Positions 36,426-49,705 of a stretch of 64,000 nt of DNA are shown piece by piece. A program made the position numbers and the translations under genes. This stretch comes from Macrostomum lignano (lineage: Eukaryota). Position 1 is the first letter of the stretch. Each line of letters begins with the position of its first letter. The DNA is taken from NCBI GenBank assembly GCA_002269645.1, contig NIVC01002374.1, forward strand, positions 115,628 through 179,627, given 5' to 3'. The notes under the pieces are model-generated. The model was not told the DNA's origin. It ran no database searches and was given only the letters and a program-made list of their open reading frames with translations.

Positions 36426-39400
36426 CCAATCCGTGCATTTTATTTCAGGTGCATTGCGAGATACAAAAATTGTCAAATGTAAACCCGGTGCATTCTGGCT
36501 TGCCGGCTTTACTCTGTGAAAAGAAAGGGTTGGGGGGGGGGCGTTAGCTGTCACGGGTTTGTTCTCCGGGCAGCCCCGGTCCAGGAGAACTAATAATCAG
36601 AGTCTGGTGCGATATAACTTGTCTGCATTCACAAATCTTAGATGAAAATATCAATATTTATATTTAGAAATAAATTTTCTATATCTCCCGGAGCTACGAA
36701 AATTTTATTTTGGTTTTAAATGTGAGCAAAGTTTGTACAAAAAAAATCGTGTAAACAAAAATGACGTTGAAAAACGGGTAAGAGTTGTTAGTCCGGAGCT
36801 CTGGCTCTAGACCGCCTTGACCGGAGCTGACCTCGTCTTTCTGTTTGCTTTTCTTTTTAGTTCAGGTTGTCAGTTCACTGCTTGTAAGATAAGCGTTTTT
36901 TGGTCGCCGCTATTTCTAAATACGCTCGTAGCTCTTCAGCTCTTGTTTTGTTTCAGGCGCGTGTAGGTTTTGTAGTTAAACGAGTTCGGGGTCATAAAAA
37001 CTTTGCAATGGTTATAAATTTAGCGGCATACTATGAGTAAGAGCCAAACTATGAGCTATTGACTTATGCAGGTCGGCTCAAAGGGTAAACGTATCTGACT
37101 CTTGTATCGGAGTCGAGACTGGATCTCGGGACAATTCGGGACTGGATCTCGGGACAATCTGGACTGGATCTCGGGACAATCTGGACTGGATCTCGGGACA
37201 ATCTGGACTGGATCTCGGGACAATTCGGGACTGGATCTCGGGACAATTCGGGACTGGATCTCGGGACAATCTGGACTGGATCTCGGGACAATTCGGGACT
37301 GGATCTCGGGACAATTCGGAACTGAATCTCGGGACAATCTGGACTGAATCTCGGGACAATCTGGACTGGATCTCGGGACAATTCGGGACTGAATCTCGGG
37401 ACAATTCGGGACTGAATCTCGGGACAATCTGGACTGGATCTTGGGACAAGTCGGGACTGAATCTCGGGACAATCTGGACTGGATCTTGGGACAAGTCGGG
37501 ACTGGATCTCGGGACAATTCGGGACTGGATCTCGGGACAATCTGGACTGGATCTCGGGACAATTCGGGACTGGATCTCGGGACAATTCGGAACTGAATCT
37601 CGGGACAATCTGGACTGAATCTCGGGACAATCTGGACTGGATCTCGGGACAATTCGGGACTGAATCTCGGGACAATTCGGGACTGAATCTCGGGACAATC
37701 TGGACTGGATCTTGGGACAAGTCGGGACTGAATCTCGGGACAATCTGGACTGGATCTTGGGACAAGTCGGGACTGAATCTCGGGACAATCTGGACTGAAT
37801 CTCGGGACAATCTGGACTGGATCTCGGGACAATTCGGGACTGAATCTCGGGACAATTCGGGACTGAATCTCGGGACAATCTGGACTGGATCTTGGGACAA
37901 GTCGGGACTGAATCTCGGGACAATCTGGACTGGATCTTGGGACAAGTCGGGACTGAATCTCGGGACAATCTGGACTGGATCTTGGGACAAGTCGGGACTG
38001 AATCTCGGGACAATCTGGACTGGATCTTGGGACAAGTCGGGACTGAATCTCGGGACAATCTGGACTGAATCTTGGGACAAGTCGGGACTGAATCTCTAGA
38101 CAATCTGGACTGAATCTCGGGACAATTCGGGACCGAATCTCGGGACAATCTGGACTGAATCTCGGGACAATCTGGACTGGATCTTGGGACAAGTCGGGAC
38201 TGGATCTCGGGACAATTCAGGACTGGCCAGGAATGTTTCATTCAGCTCAGCTGATAATATAACCAAGTCATTTTTGCTTGGCAACTCATCCAGTATTCGG
38301 ACCGGTTGAATATTCCTCTGGGATTTCGAGAGTGCGTAGGCCCGTAGGGGGAAGGGTTTCATAACTAGCAATTTTCCCGTATTTAGCTTATATTCGCTCC
38401 TTACTGGGCGCTCTTTTGGCCTTTGGTAGAATCTGGCGATCTAAAGGGTGGAGATCCTCCTTCAGCTCCTCCCTGTGTGCGCGCCTGTACTGGTGGTGAA
38501 CGAACGACCTTGGCCTTCCCGCCACCCCCTCCTCCCTCTCCTGAACCGCTAAGCTTATTAGAGAGAGAGGGGAGGAGAGAGCGAGTCACATGACTGGATT
38601 TCCTATTTACAACCCCTCCTATCTCTGTTTTTCTTCTCTCTCCTCTTCTCTCCCCCCACTCCCCCATTGCCCTTGGCCTGTACTAGTTAGTGCGCCTGCA
38701 CTGATAAGTGAGTGCCCTCCTGGACCGCGTGACACTACCCGGGCGCTGAATCCCGTTTCATCGCATCCCATTCTATGCCATCCCACGCAAAATTTCTTTT
38801 TTTTTTGCTTAGCATTTCCGCTTTCTAGTGTAGTGCAATTTGCTTTTTTTCTTAGTTACTTTTTGCTTAGGCCATGGGGTCGGCAAGCTCTGTCCGCGGA
38901 CCACATGCGGCCCTCAAAGCCTCTCTATTCGGTCCTCGGGCCTTTAAAACTTCACAATAGCAATGTGACCCGCTTAAGGTTTGTGTCTCTTCTCAGCTGT
39001 CCCCTCTTCTCCCCTCTCATCCCTCGCCTCTCTTCTCTTCTCTCTTTCCTCTCTTCTCTCCTCTCTTCCGTCTCCCCTCTTCTCTCTCATCCCTCCCCTC
39101 TCTTCTCCTCTTCTCTCTTCTCCTCTCCCCTCTTCTCTCTCCCCTCTCCCCTCTCCCCTCTCCTCTCTTCTCTCTCGTCTGCTCCCTCCCCTCCCATCTC
39201 TTCTCTTCTCTCTTTCCTCTCTTCTCTCCTCTCTTCCGTCTCCCCTCTTCTCTCTCATCCCTCCCCTCTCTTCTCCTCTTCTCTCTTCTCCTCTCCCCTC
39301 TTCTCTCTCCCCTCTCCCCTCTCCCCTCTCCCCTCTCCTCTCTTCTCTCTCGTCTGCTCCCTCCCCTCCCATCTCTTCTCTCATCTCTCCGTTTTCTCTC

Positions 39401-42400
39401 TTCTCATCCCTCTCGTCTTTTTCTTCCTCACTTCTCTCATCTTTCTACTTCTCTCTCCTCTATTCCCTCTCCTTTCCACTCTCACCTGACCATGATCTTA
39501 GGCTTAGGCTCCAAAATATACACAAAAAACTAAAAAAAAAAAACATTTCGCTTCAAGGTTCACTTCCAATTCAGTCTGCAGGCATTTTTATGCTTTTTTA
39601 GCTCTTAATTTGGCAATGTTTTCATCTTTTTGGCTTCTCGATTTTGGCTTTTAGATTCAAGCACGATCAAGTGCGCATACCAGCTTGATATGCATATTGG
39701 TTGTCTCATATAAATAAGACAGTGTTCTTCTACTGTTGATTTTGTAAAAGTATGTCGCTAATGTTTTTTTGAAGCGATTTTGGGCCATTCAATTAATTTG
39801 TATAGAATGTGGTAAATTTGGTATCGGTAGGAGTAGAGTGTGGTAAATTTGGTATCGGTAGGAGTAGAGTGTGGTAAATTTGGGATCAGTAGGAGTAGAG
39901 TGTGGTAAATTTCGGATCGGTAGGAGTAGTGTGGTAAATTTGGGATCAGTAGGAGTAGAGTGTGGTGAATTTGGGATCAGTAGGAGTAGAGTGTGGTGAA
40001 TTTGGGATCGGTAGGAGTAGAGTGTGGTAAATTTGGGATCGGTAGGAGTAGAATGTGGTAAATTTGGGATCGGTAGGAGTAGTGTGGTAAATTTGGGATC
40101 AGTAGGAGTAGAGTGTGGTGAATTTGGGATCAGTAGGAGTAGAGTGTGGTGAATTTGGGATCGGTAGGAGTAGAGTGTGGTAAATTTGGGATCAGTAGGA
40201 GTAGAGTGTGGTGAATTTGGGATCAGTAGGAGTAGAGTGTGGTGAATTTGGGATCGGTAGGAGTAGAGTGTGGTAAATTTGGTATCGGTAGGAGTAGAGT
40301 GTGGTAAATTTGGTATCGGTAGGAGTAGAGTGTGGTAAATTTGGTATCTGTAGGAGTAGAGTGTGGTAAATTTGGGATCGGTAGGAGTAGTGTGGTAAAT
40401 TTGGGATCAGTAGGAGTAGAGTGTGGTGAATTTGGGATCAGTAGGAGTAGAGTGTGGTGAATTTGGGATCGGTAGGAGTAGAGTGTGGTAAATTTGGGAT
40501 CGGTAGGAGTAGAGTGTGGTAAATTTGGGATCAGGTGTGGGATCTCTGCAGTTAGTACTTGTTTTGTTAAAGGATCAGTGGGTACATTGAGTTGGTGTGC
40601 AAGCGGCATTTAATGGCTACATATTGCTGCCCCTTATCGCCTCTCCGCCTCAGGCTTCGCCGACTTCCGCGGCGACAAGCTGATCTTAGTGATTGCCAGC
40701 AACGCCGCCAAGCGCCGTATCGAACTGCGCATCGAAGATCCGGCCGCGTTGCGAGTGCCGTTGGAAATTTTCCACAACCTGCACCAGCCAGACGGCCTGA
40801 GCATCGGCAGCCCCCTGCCGCCAGGCCAGCAACTGACGGTGAATCGCTTCAGCCGTAGCATAGCCGGGCTGAATGACATCCTGAGCGAGATGGGCCGGCT
40901 TAGACCTGCTGCCTACGTCGGCGCCATCCTGGTGATCCCATATACCAATGCCGTTCCCGAGGCCAGGTTTAGCCGCGTTGCCGGCCGCTATCCCAGCCCG
41001 CCGCATGTTGACTCCGAGGCGGCCTGTCAGAGCCGCTCTAACTACAAGATGCTGCAGCCGTTGTTGCGGCATTTTGCCCAGGTTGCCAGACAGCCAGTCC
41101 CTGTGCAACTGTTCGACACTCGCAGCCAGATGGCCCAGCCGTTCTGCCGCCTCCAGCCCGATGCTACTATTATTGCTCTGCATTTTATCAATGGCGAACC
41201 GTTGGTTGCTATGGCAACTATTATTGTCAGCTTGATTGGCAGCGAGTCCACTTTAGTCCTGCTGGCCGATTGGGGCGCCGCCTGTCCGCGCCGATTGCGA
41301 CTGCGCGCCGATAATTCTCTGTTGGCGCCCAGCACCGCCGCTGGTCCCAATGCCAGTCTGGCCGTACGGCACAACTGCGCTGATGACACCGAGATCTGGG
41401 CCGAGTCCAACCTGCTAGACTCTGTCGGTGACCGAGTTCGAATCGAGTCGGTGCCCGAGCTGAGTCTGGCTAGTATTCGTTCGACTGGCCGGCTGCTGCG
41501 ACATTTTATGATTCAATCGGGGCGTTTCAGGAATAGCGATGTGAGTAACGTTTAGCTGTGGGGCAGCAACTCGTTGCTGTTTTAGATTTTTTAGAAATGT
41601 TGGATGTTTTAGATTAGATGTTTAGGCTTCAAACTGAATCTTACCACCCCTTACTGAAATCTCACCACCCCTTACTGAAATCTCACCACCCCTTACTGAA
41701 ATCTCACCACCCCTTACTGAAATCTCACCACCCCTTACTGAAATCTCACCACCCCTTACTGAAATCTCACCACCCCTTACTGAAATCTCACCACCCCTTA
41801 CTGGAATCTCACCATCCCACAGTGGAATCTCACCACCCCTAACTGGAATCTCACCATCCTACAGTGGAATCTCAACACCCCTTACTGGAATCTCGCCACC
41901 CCTTACTCGAATCTCACCATCCCACAGTGAAATCTCACCACCCCTTACTGAAATCTCACCACCCCTTACTGAAATCTCACCACCCCTTACTGAAATCTCA
42001 CCACCCCTTACTGAAATCTCACCACCCCTTACTGAAATCTCACCACCCCTTACTGAAATCTCACCACCCCTTACTGAAATCTCACCACCCCTTACTGGAA
42101 TCTCACCATCCCACAGTGGAATCTCACCACCCCTAACTGGAATCTCACCATCCTACAGTGGAATCTCAACACCCCTTACTGGAATCTCGCCACCCCTTAC
42201 TCGAATCTCACCATCCCACAGTGAAATCTCACCACCCTTACTGGAATCTCACCATCCCACAGTGGAATCTCAACACCCCTTACTCGAATCTCACCACTCC
42301 TTCCTTGAATCTCATACCGTTTACTGGAATCTCGCCACTCCTGACTGGAATCTCATTATACCCACTAGAATCTCAATATCCAACTGGAATCTCATTATAC

Positions 42401-45400
42401 CCACTAGAATCTCACTATCCAACTGGAATCGCCCTATCCAAACTGGAATCTCACTATGCCTACGGGAATCTCACTATCCAACTGGAATCTCACTATGCCT
42501 AGGGGAATCTCACTATCCAACTGGAATCTCACTATGCCTACGAAAATCTCACTATCCAACTGGAATCTCACTATCTAACTGGAATCTCACTATCCAACTG
42601 GAATCTCACTATGCCTAGGGGAATCTCACTATCCAACTGGAATCTCACTATCCAACTGGAATCTCACTATCCAACTGGAATCTCACTATCCAACTGGAAT
42701 CTCACTATGCCTAGGGGAATCTCACTATCCAACTGGAATCTCACTATCCAACTGGAATCTCACTATCCAACTGGAATCTCACTATCCAACTGGAATCTCA
42801 CTATCCAACTGGAATCTCACTATCCAACTGGAATCTCACTATCCAACTGGAATCTCACTATCCAACCGGAATCTCACTATCCAACTGTAATCTCACTATC
42901 CAACTGGAATCTCACTATCCAACTGGAATCTCACTATCCAACTGGAATCTCACTATCCAACTGGAATCTCACTATCCAACTGGAATCTCACTATCTAACT
43001 GGAATCTCACTATCCAACTGGAATCTCACTATCCAATTGGAATCTCACTATCTAACTCGAATCTCACTATCTAACTGGAATCTCACTATCCAACCAGAAT
43101 CTCACTATCCAACTGGAATCTCACTATCTAACTGGAATCTCACTATCCAACTGGAATCTCACTATCCAATTGGAATCTCACTATCTAACTCGAATCTCAC
43201 TATCTAACTGGAATCTCACTATCCAACCAGAATCTCACTATCCAACTGGAATCTCACTATCTAACTGGAATCTCACTATCCAACTGGAATCTCACTATGC
43301 CTAGGGGAATCTCACTATCCAACTGGAATCTCACTATCCAACTGGAATCTCACTATCCAACTGGAATCTCACTATCCAACTGGAATCTCACTATGCCTAG
43401 GGGAATCTCACTATCCAACTGGAATCTCACTATCCAACTGGAATCTCACTATCCAACTGGAATCTCACTATCCAACTGGAATCTCACTATCCAACTGGAA
43501 TCTCACTATCCAACTGGAATCTCACTATCCAACTGGAATCTCACTATCCAACCGGAATCTCACTATCCAACTGTAATCTCACTATCCAACTGGAATCTCA
43601 CTATCCAACTGGAATCTCACTATCCAACTGGAATCTCACTATCCAACTGGAATCTCACTATCCAACTGGAATCTCACTATCTAACTGGAATCTCACTATC
43701 CAACTGGAATCTCACTATCCAATTGGAATCTCACTATCTAACTCGAATCTCACTATCTAACTGGAATCTCACTATCCAACCAGAATCTCACTATCCAACT
43801 GGAATCTCACTATCCAACTGGAATCTCACTATCTAACTGGAATCTCACTATCCAACTGGAATCTCACTATCCAATTGGAATCTCACTATCTAACTGGAAT
43901 CTCACTATCCAACTGGAATCTCACTATCCAACTGGAATCTCACTATCCAACTGGAATCTCACTATCTAACTGGAATCTCACTATCCAACTGGAATCTCAC
44001 TATCCAATTGGAATCTCACTATCTAACTCGAATCTCACTATCTAACTGGAATCTCACTATCCAACCAGAATCTCACTATCCAACTGTAATCTCACTATCC
44101 AACCAGAATCTCACTATCCAACTGTAATCTCACTATCCAACTGGAATCTCACTATCCAACTGGAATCTCACTATCTAACTGGAATCTCACTATCCAACTG
44201 GAATCTCACTATCCAACTGGAATCTCACTATCCAACTCGAATCTCACTATCCAACTGGAATCTCACTATCCAACTGGAATCTCACTATCCAACTCGAATC
44301 TCACTATCCAACTCGAATCTCACTATCCAACTGGAATCTCACTATCCAACTGGAATCTCACTATCCAACTGGAATCTCACTATCCAACTCGAATCTCACT
44401 ATCCAACTGGAATCTCACTATCCAACTGGAATCTCACTATCCAACTCGAATCTCACTATCCAACTGGAATCTCACTATCCAACTCGAATCTCACTATCCA
44501 ACTGGAATCTCACTATCCAACTTGAATCTCACTATCCAACTGGAATCTCACTATCCAACTGGAATCTCACTATCCAACTCGAATCTCACTATCCAACTGG
44601 AATCTCACTATCCAACTGGAATCTCACTATCCAACTCGAATCTCACTATCCAACTGGAATCTCACTATCCAACTTGAATCTCACTATCCAACTGGAATCT
44701 CACTATCCAACTCGAATCTCACTATCCAACTGGAATCTCACTATCCAACTTGAATCTCACTATCCAACTGGAATCTCACTATCCAACTTGAATCTCACTA
44801 TCCAACTGGAATCTCACTATCCAACTTGAATCTCACTATGCCTAAGGGAATCTCGCCACCCCTAACTACATGTAAAGTAAGTCTCACCGTCGCAGCCCCC
44901 GCGCCCCACTTACACAACAGAGCGAGATCACTTTCGACGTGCAATTCAACCAGTGGGTCTTCAGGCCGATGGCCGCCCTGCAGACCAAGCGAATAGTCAG
45001 CGGCTTCACTGCGGACTCGGCCCTTGTGCACCTGGATAAATCCGTGCTGAACAACTGCACGCACGGGCTGACCAACCTGTCCATCGGTGACTGTCCGCTA
45101 ATTGACAACGGCACGCATCTCCACCGGCTGCTGCCCACAGTGGGGCTGCTCAGCGCCTGTCGGATGAGGCGTAGCGGCAACCACATGCTTGCCACTCTGT
45201 CAGCCAGCGTCCAGCTGCCCAGCAATGCCGGGCAATTCCTCATCTCGCTGCCATTCTCCTGGACTCTGCCAGCCGGGATTAGCGCTAATCTGCCCCTGAC
45301 TGAGCAAACTCGTGACAGTCGCGCTTCGCCAACATCGGCCAGTTCCGCGGCCAGCGCTGCGCTGGACAAATTTCCATTCCGGCTGACTGTCAGCCAGCTG

Positions 45401-46869
45401 CTGTTGGATGGCCACTCCAGAGCGATTGAACTGCAATCAACAAGATTGGAATATTTGTATAGCGGCGAGCTCATCCATTGCGAGCTGATTGTCCGGGGCT
45501 GCGGACAGCCGGTTCCGCTCGTGTCCGATGGTTGCACCAGGAGCGGCGCCCTCTGGCTCGGCCCGGGCGTCGCCGTGCCGCTGCTCCGACTGCCGTCCTC
45601 GCTGCCATCCAGGGTCTGCAGCGGCAGCGGCACCCGGATGGCCGTCGTCGCCTGCCGACTGGCCGTCTGCCGACTGGCCGAGCCTGAGCTAGCTGGCTTG
45701 ACATCCGACGAGGCCGTTGCTATGGGAATGCGGCGCTGTCGGCCGCAGGGCGAGGCTTGCGGCGAGGCTGCTGGACGAATTGCTGCTCGGAATCAAAGTC
45801 GCTTGGTTTTGGTGAGGGTCATACGCTAATTCTCCAACTCTCCTGACACATCGCCATTCTCAAATCCCATCCGCTTAGCATCGCCATTGAATGAGATCTC
45901 ACCCTCTTGGCACTGTCAGTCGATGAGATCTCACCCTCTTGACATAGTCGATGAGATCTCACCCTCTTGACATAGTCAACGAGATCTCACCCTCTTGAGA
46001 TGGGCAATGAGATCTATCACCCTCCTGACACTGTCAGTCAATGAGATATGACCCTCTTGACACTGTCAGTCGATGAGATCTCACCCTTTCGACACTGTCA
46101 GTCGATGAGATCTCACCCTTTCGACACTGTCAGTCGATGAGATCTCACCCTTTCGACACTGTCAGTCGATGAGATCTCACCCTTTTGACACTGTACGAAC
46201 ACCTAAACACGTACCAACTGTTACAATCATAAATGATCAGTTATAATCCTACAGTCTGATTTCCACCGCCATCAGAGCCGCAATCTGCCGCTGCTGTCAC
46301 TGGAAACCGAGGCCCTGCCGTTGAGCACATTGTTTGCCGGTGCCAATGCGTCAGTTGTTAACCATGCCAATAAGCACCAAGCCGCCACCGACGCGCCTCC
46401 GGCAGTTGCTGCCGAAGTTATTTCATCAACCCATGCCACAATGCTGGCAGCGTCGATGACTGCGGCTCAGCCTACTGCGGAGCCCCGACCGGGCACTGAG
46501 ACCCCGCGGCTTAGCCAGAGTGCCGCGGCTAAACCGGACAGACCAGCCTACCAACTGTGGTCGCATCTGCTAGCAGCCGTATTGGCTTTCATTGTAGGCA
46601 TTGGCACCATGGCGTCGCTCTGGGCTATTGTACATCGCCTGCGTTGGCAGCGTCGTCGGCATCGGCGACAGCTTCGCGAGTGTCGCTGCAGCAGCAGCAG
46701 CAACAGCGGCGGCGGCGGAGGCGGCGGCTGCGCTGTTGCCAAATCTTCAGCTGATCCTCTGCTCCGCTTGGGTGGCGGTGGCGGCGGCGCAGGCGGCGGA
46801 GGCCATTCCTGCGACTCCTCATCTGGCTTTGGCGACTGCGGCGGCGGCGGCGGCAGAGCGAAAGTTTAA
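35351..46869 (+). CDS. Uncharacterised type I transmembrane protein with signal peptide and divergent LRR/LRRCT-like ectodomain, ~872 aa, 4 exons
   Basis: Exons 35351-35597 (MLLLLLISTSLLAASPVRA signal peptide; donor G|gtgagg, phase 1), 40654-41540 (donor |gtgagt, phase 0), 44921-45811 (donor |gtgagg, phase 0) and 46276-46869 sum to 2619 nt in frame. Seven N-x-S/T sequons precede the TM segment LLAAVLAFIVGIGTMASLWAIV, followed by basic HRLRWQRRRHRR. The link from exon 1 across a 5-kb intron rests on phase match and topology. Confidence 0.72.
35810..36050. repeat. 35-bp minisatellite, ~7 copies
   Basis: CTCACCCCTCGCTAAGGAGTCTCAGCCCTAAGATT. Confidence 0.92.
36360..36423. repeat. (GA)n microsatellite
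   Basis: Direct reading. Confidence 0.97.
37115..38225. repeat. 19/20-bp minisatellite (GGACTGRATCTYGGGACAATCT / ..ATTCG / ..AGTCG)
   Basis: Direct reading; explains the overlapping 300-390 aa ORFs. Confidence 0.97.
38872..39490 (+). repeat. hAT-like terminus followed by CT-rich low-complexity DNA with an internal ~180-bp duplication
   Basis: CCATGGGGTCGGCAAG..CCACATGCGGCCC resembles hAT MITE ends. The partner end was not found. Confidence 0.5.
39805..40535. repeat. 31-bp minisatellite (GTGTGGTAAATTTGGGATCGGTAGGAGTAGA)
   Basis: Direct reading. Confidence 0.97.
41630..44850. repeat. 21-bp grading into 19-bp minisatellite (GGAATCTCACTATCCAACT), filling intron 2 of the TM gene
   Basis: Direct reading; 686-bp block duplication starting at 42611 and 43297. 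Confidence 0.97.
45890..46195. repeat. ~32-bp minisatellite (CTGTCAGTCGATGAGATCTCACCCTCTTGACA); second array at 47025-47457
   Basis: Direct reading. Confidence 0.95.
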
Positions 46870-49389
46870 AACTGAGGGCTCTAGAGGGAGGGATGGCCTA
46901 TCTGTGCAAGTGTAGAGCATTATTATTATTACATGATGAGGCGCTACTCTATATAATAGCGCCACCTTTTGCTCATTTGAAGATCATATGTTTGATCTAT
47001 TTGATCATATCGATTAGATCTCGACACTTGGCACTGTCAGTCGATGAGATCTCACCCTCTTGACACTGTCAGTCGATGAGATCTCACTCTCTTGGCACTG
47101 TCAGTCGATGAGATCTCACTCTCTTGGCCCTGTCAGTCGATGAGATCTCACCCTCTTGACACTGTCAGTCGATGAGATCTCACTCTCTTGGCACTGTCAG
47201 TCGATGAGATCTCACTCTCTTGGCCCTGTCAGTCGATGAGATCTCACCCTCTTGACACTGTCAGTCGATGAGATCTCATCCTCTTAGCACTGTCAGTCGA
47301 TGAGATCTCACTCACCCTCTTGGCACTGTCAGTCGATGAGATCTCACCTCTTAACACTGTCAGTCGATGAGATCTCACCCTCTTGACACTGTCAGTCGAT
47401 GAGATCTCACCCTCTTGACACTGTCAGTCGATGAGATCTCACCCTCTTGACACTGACTCTTGATCTCGAAAGTTTAAACTGAGGGCTCTAGAGGGAGGGA
47501 TGGCTTATATGTGCAAATGTAGAACATTATTATTATTACATGATGAGGCGTTAACCTATAAAAATAGCGCACTCGCAATCTGGCGATTCCCATTCATTGT
47601 GACTACCTCTTAGGTCTGTTTAGTATTTGAATTTGTTTGTTCTTAGGCGAGTAGTAATTGTGTGCAAGTGTACAGTAGTTGTTGTGTTAGATGTGTTGTA
47701 CATAACAAAGGGTGATTTTTCAACTAAACCTACCGATATGTCAGCTTCTAGTCTATCTGTCTGTCTGTCTGGCTTATGCCACGCGTTCTGTCTCCAAATC
47801 GTTATTCCAGGCTAAAAAACTGTTTCATTGCTCACTAATCAGTGCAGGTAAACCATTTTTAACGGTTAGAAATCTTTCTAATTTGAAGTTCCGATCAGGG
47901 TTTTGAACAGTAGGTTAGTGATTTTGTGAGAAATAGTGAATTGTTCTTGCTGTGCATCATTCTGTTCCATCCGATTAATTATGGAGATATTTTTATGCAA
48001 AGCAGCGGCGCGTCTTTTCCTTTTTCCCTCCAATGATTAACAGCTTCTGGATACCCCATAGGGGGCCAAACAAGTCAAAGAAATATTGAACGGCTTGGTC
48101 TCAAGGGGAGAGAAAATAACCCTAAGACAGCGGCGCGTGACTTGTCCGGCTTTCTGACTTGACCACGTTTTGTCCTCTGGGATTTAACCCCCCCCCTCCC
48201 CCTCACTTGCCGCTTTGAGGCAGTTCCGGCACTTGCTTGACTACAAGTGATTAGGGAGTGAATGTTAAGCAAAGCTGCCGTATTGAAATAATTACAGCTT
48301 TTTTATTTGCGTAAAAATGCAATTTAAACACACTTCTGCAGGGCTCCTAAATCACTAACTGCCTCAGTATATTAATTGTACTTTAAATTTTCTTGCTTTT
48401 ATTGCTTCTCTGCTTGCCTGTTATAAAGTTGTCAAATTTTAATAGGGACTCAAACTTGACTAAGTTTTTTACGCTTCAAAAATCATATTTTTCTGTTCGA
48501 ATAATTCTTTAATTATGTAAAAATCTATAAATCTTACAATTGCTTTGTTTCTTGTCTTGTAAATTTTATATTGTCTGCAACTGTGCACTACTTACTTGAC
48601 TAACAGTAGTATATATTGTATGCAAACCCGGCAATTCGCCGCAGCGTAACAATCAGGGATTTATTGTTTCATTTTTTCACCTGTCGATATCGGATTTGAA
48701 AAGAGGATTGTACACCAAGCACCCGCTCCCCAAGCCGCTGTGTATGTTTCATTCAACCCATAATTTTCCATTTCAATTTGTTTCTGTACAGGCCTGTACG
48801 CATCGTTGTCTTATATTGTCTTATAATTATGCAATTGATGTGTAGCCCGTATGTACTTTTCCCATAATAATCCTCTGCTGTTGCATAGGAATCTACCTCG
48901 GTTTTTGCCAGGCATAGCAACAAGCTGGATATCAAGTCGAGCTGAATTCCAGTGATCTATTTTTCAAATAATTATACCCCTACGCCACGTAAGGTTATGC
49001 AATTTTTCGAAGTCTACTACTTCTTTGTCAGAGTAGTAGTATGAAAGCAACACAGTTAAGAACACGTGTTTCAAACTGATTTGTGAGCAGACGATGAAAG
49101 GCTTGTTAGCCTAAGATTATGCATTCAAATTTATTGCATTACATTACTGGGTCGGCAGAAACGACAAACCGCAAAATAAAATTTCATGTAACAAACTGAC
49201 AGAATTACCAGAAAACAACGCTGACATAAGCACAAAATTGAGCATAAAAGTAAGTTAATGTGAATTTTTTGACAACAAATTCCTAATTACACGCGAGATT
49301 TAATTGTAGAAATTCAAAAATTTTTATTCTGGCTGCACGCACAGTATCTATGGGATGGTTGTTGTTTTCGGTATCAATTCGGTAGCTAT

Positions 49390-49705
49390 TCCGTATTTAT
49401 GGGCCACACCGTTGCTTTTCGGTATCTATGGGACACCGTTGCTATTCGGTATCTATGGGACACCGTTGCTATTCGGTATCTATGGGACACCGTTGCTGTT
49501 CGGTATCTATGGCCCACACCGTTGCTTTTCGGTATCTATGGGGCACTATGTTGCTATACGGTATCTATGGAACACCGTTGCTATTCGGTATCTATGGGAC
49601 ACTGACACACCGTTGCTATTCGGTCTCTATGGGACACCGTTGCTATTCGGTATCTATGGCACACACCGTTGCTAGCCAGTATCTAGGGGAACATGTTGCT
49701 ATTCG
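49390..49705. repeat. 27-bp minisatellite (CCGTTGCTATTCGGTATCTATGGGACA)
   Basis: Direct reading. Confidence 0.93.

Noticed and set aside
37056-38241. 338-387 aa repetitive ORFs
   Set aside because: Minisatellite read-through in all three minus frames, inside an intron of the plus-strand gene.
41618-43836. His-rich (HHPLLKS)n and (ESHYPTGISLSNWNLTIQL)n ORFs
   Set aside because: Translations of the intronic 21/19-bp array; no splice-compatible boundaries.
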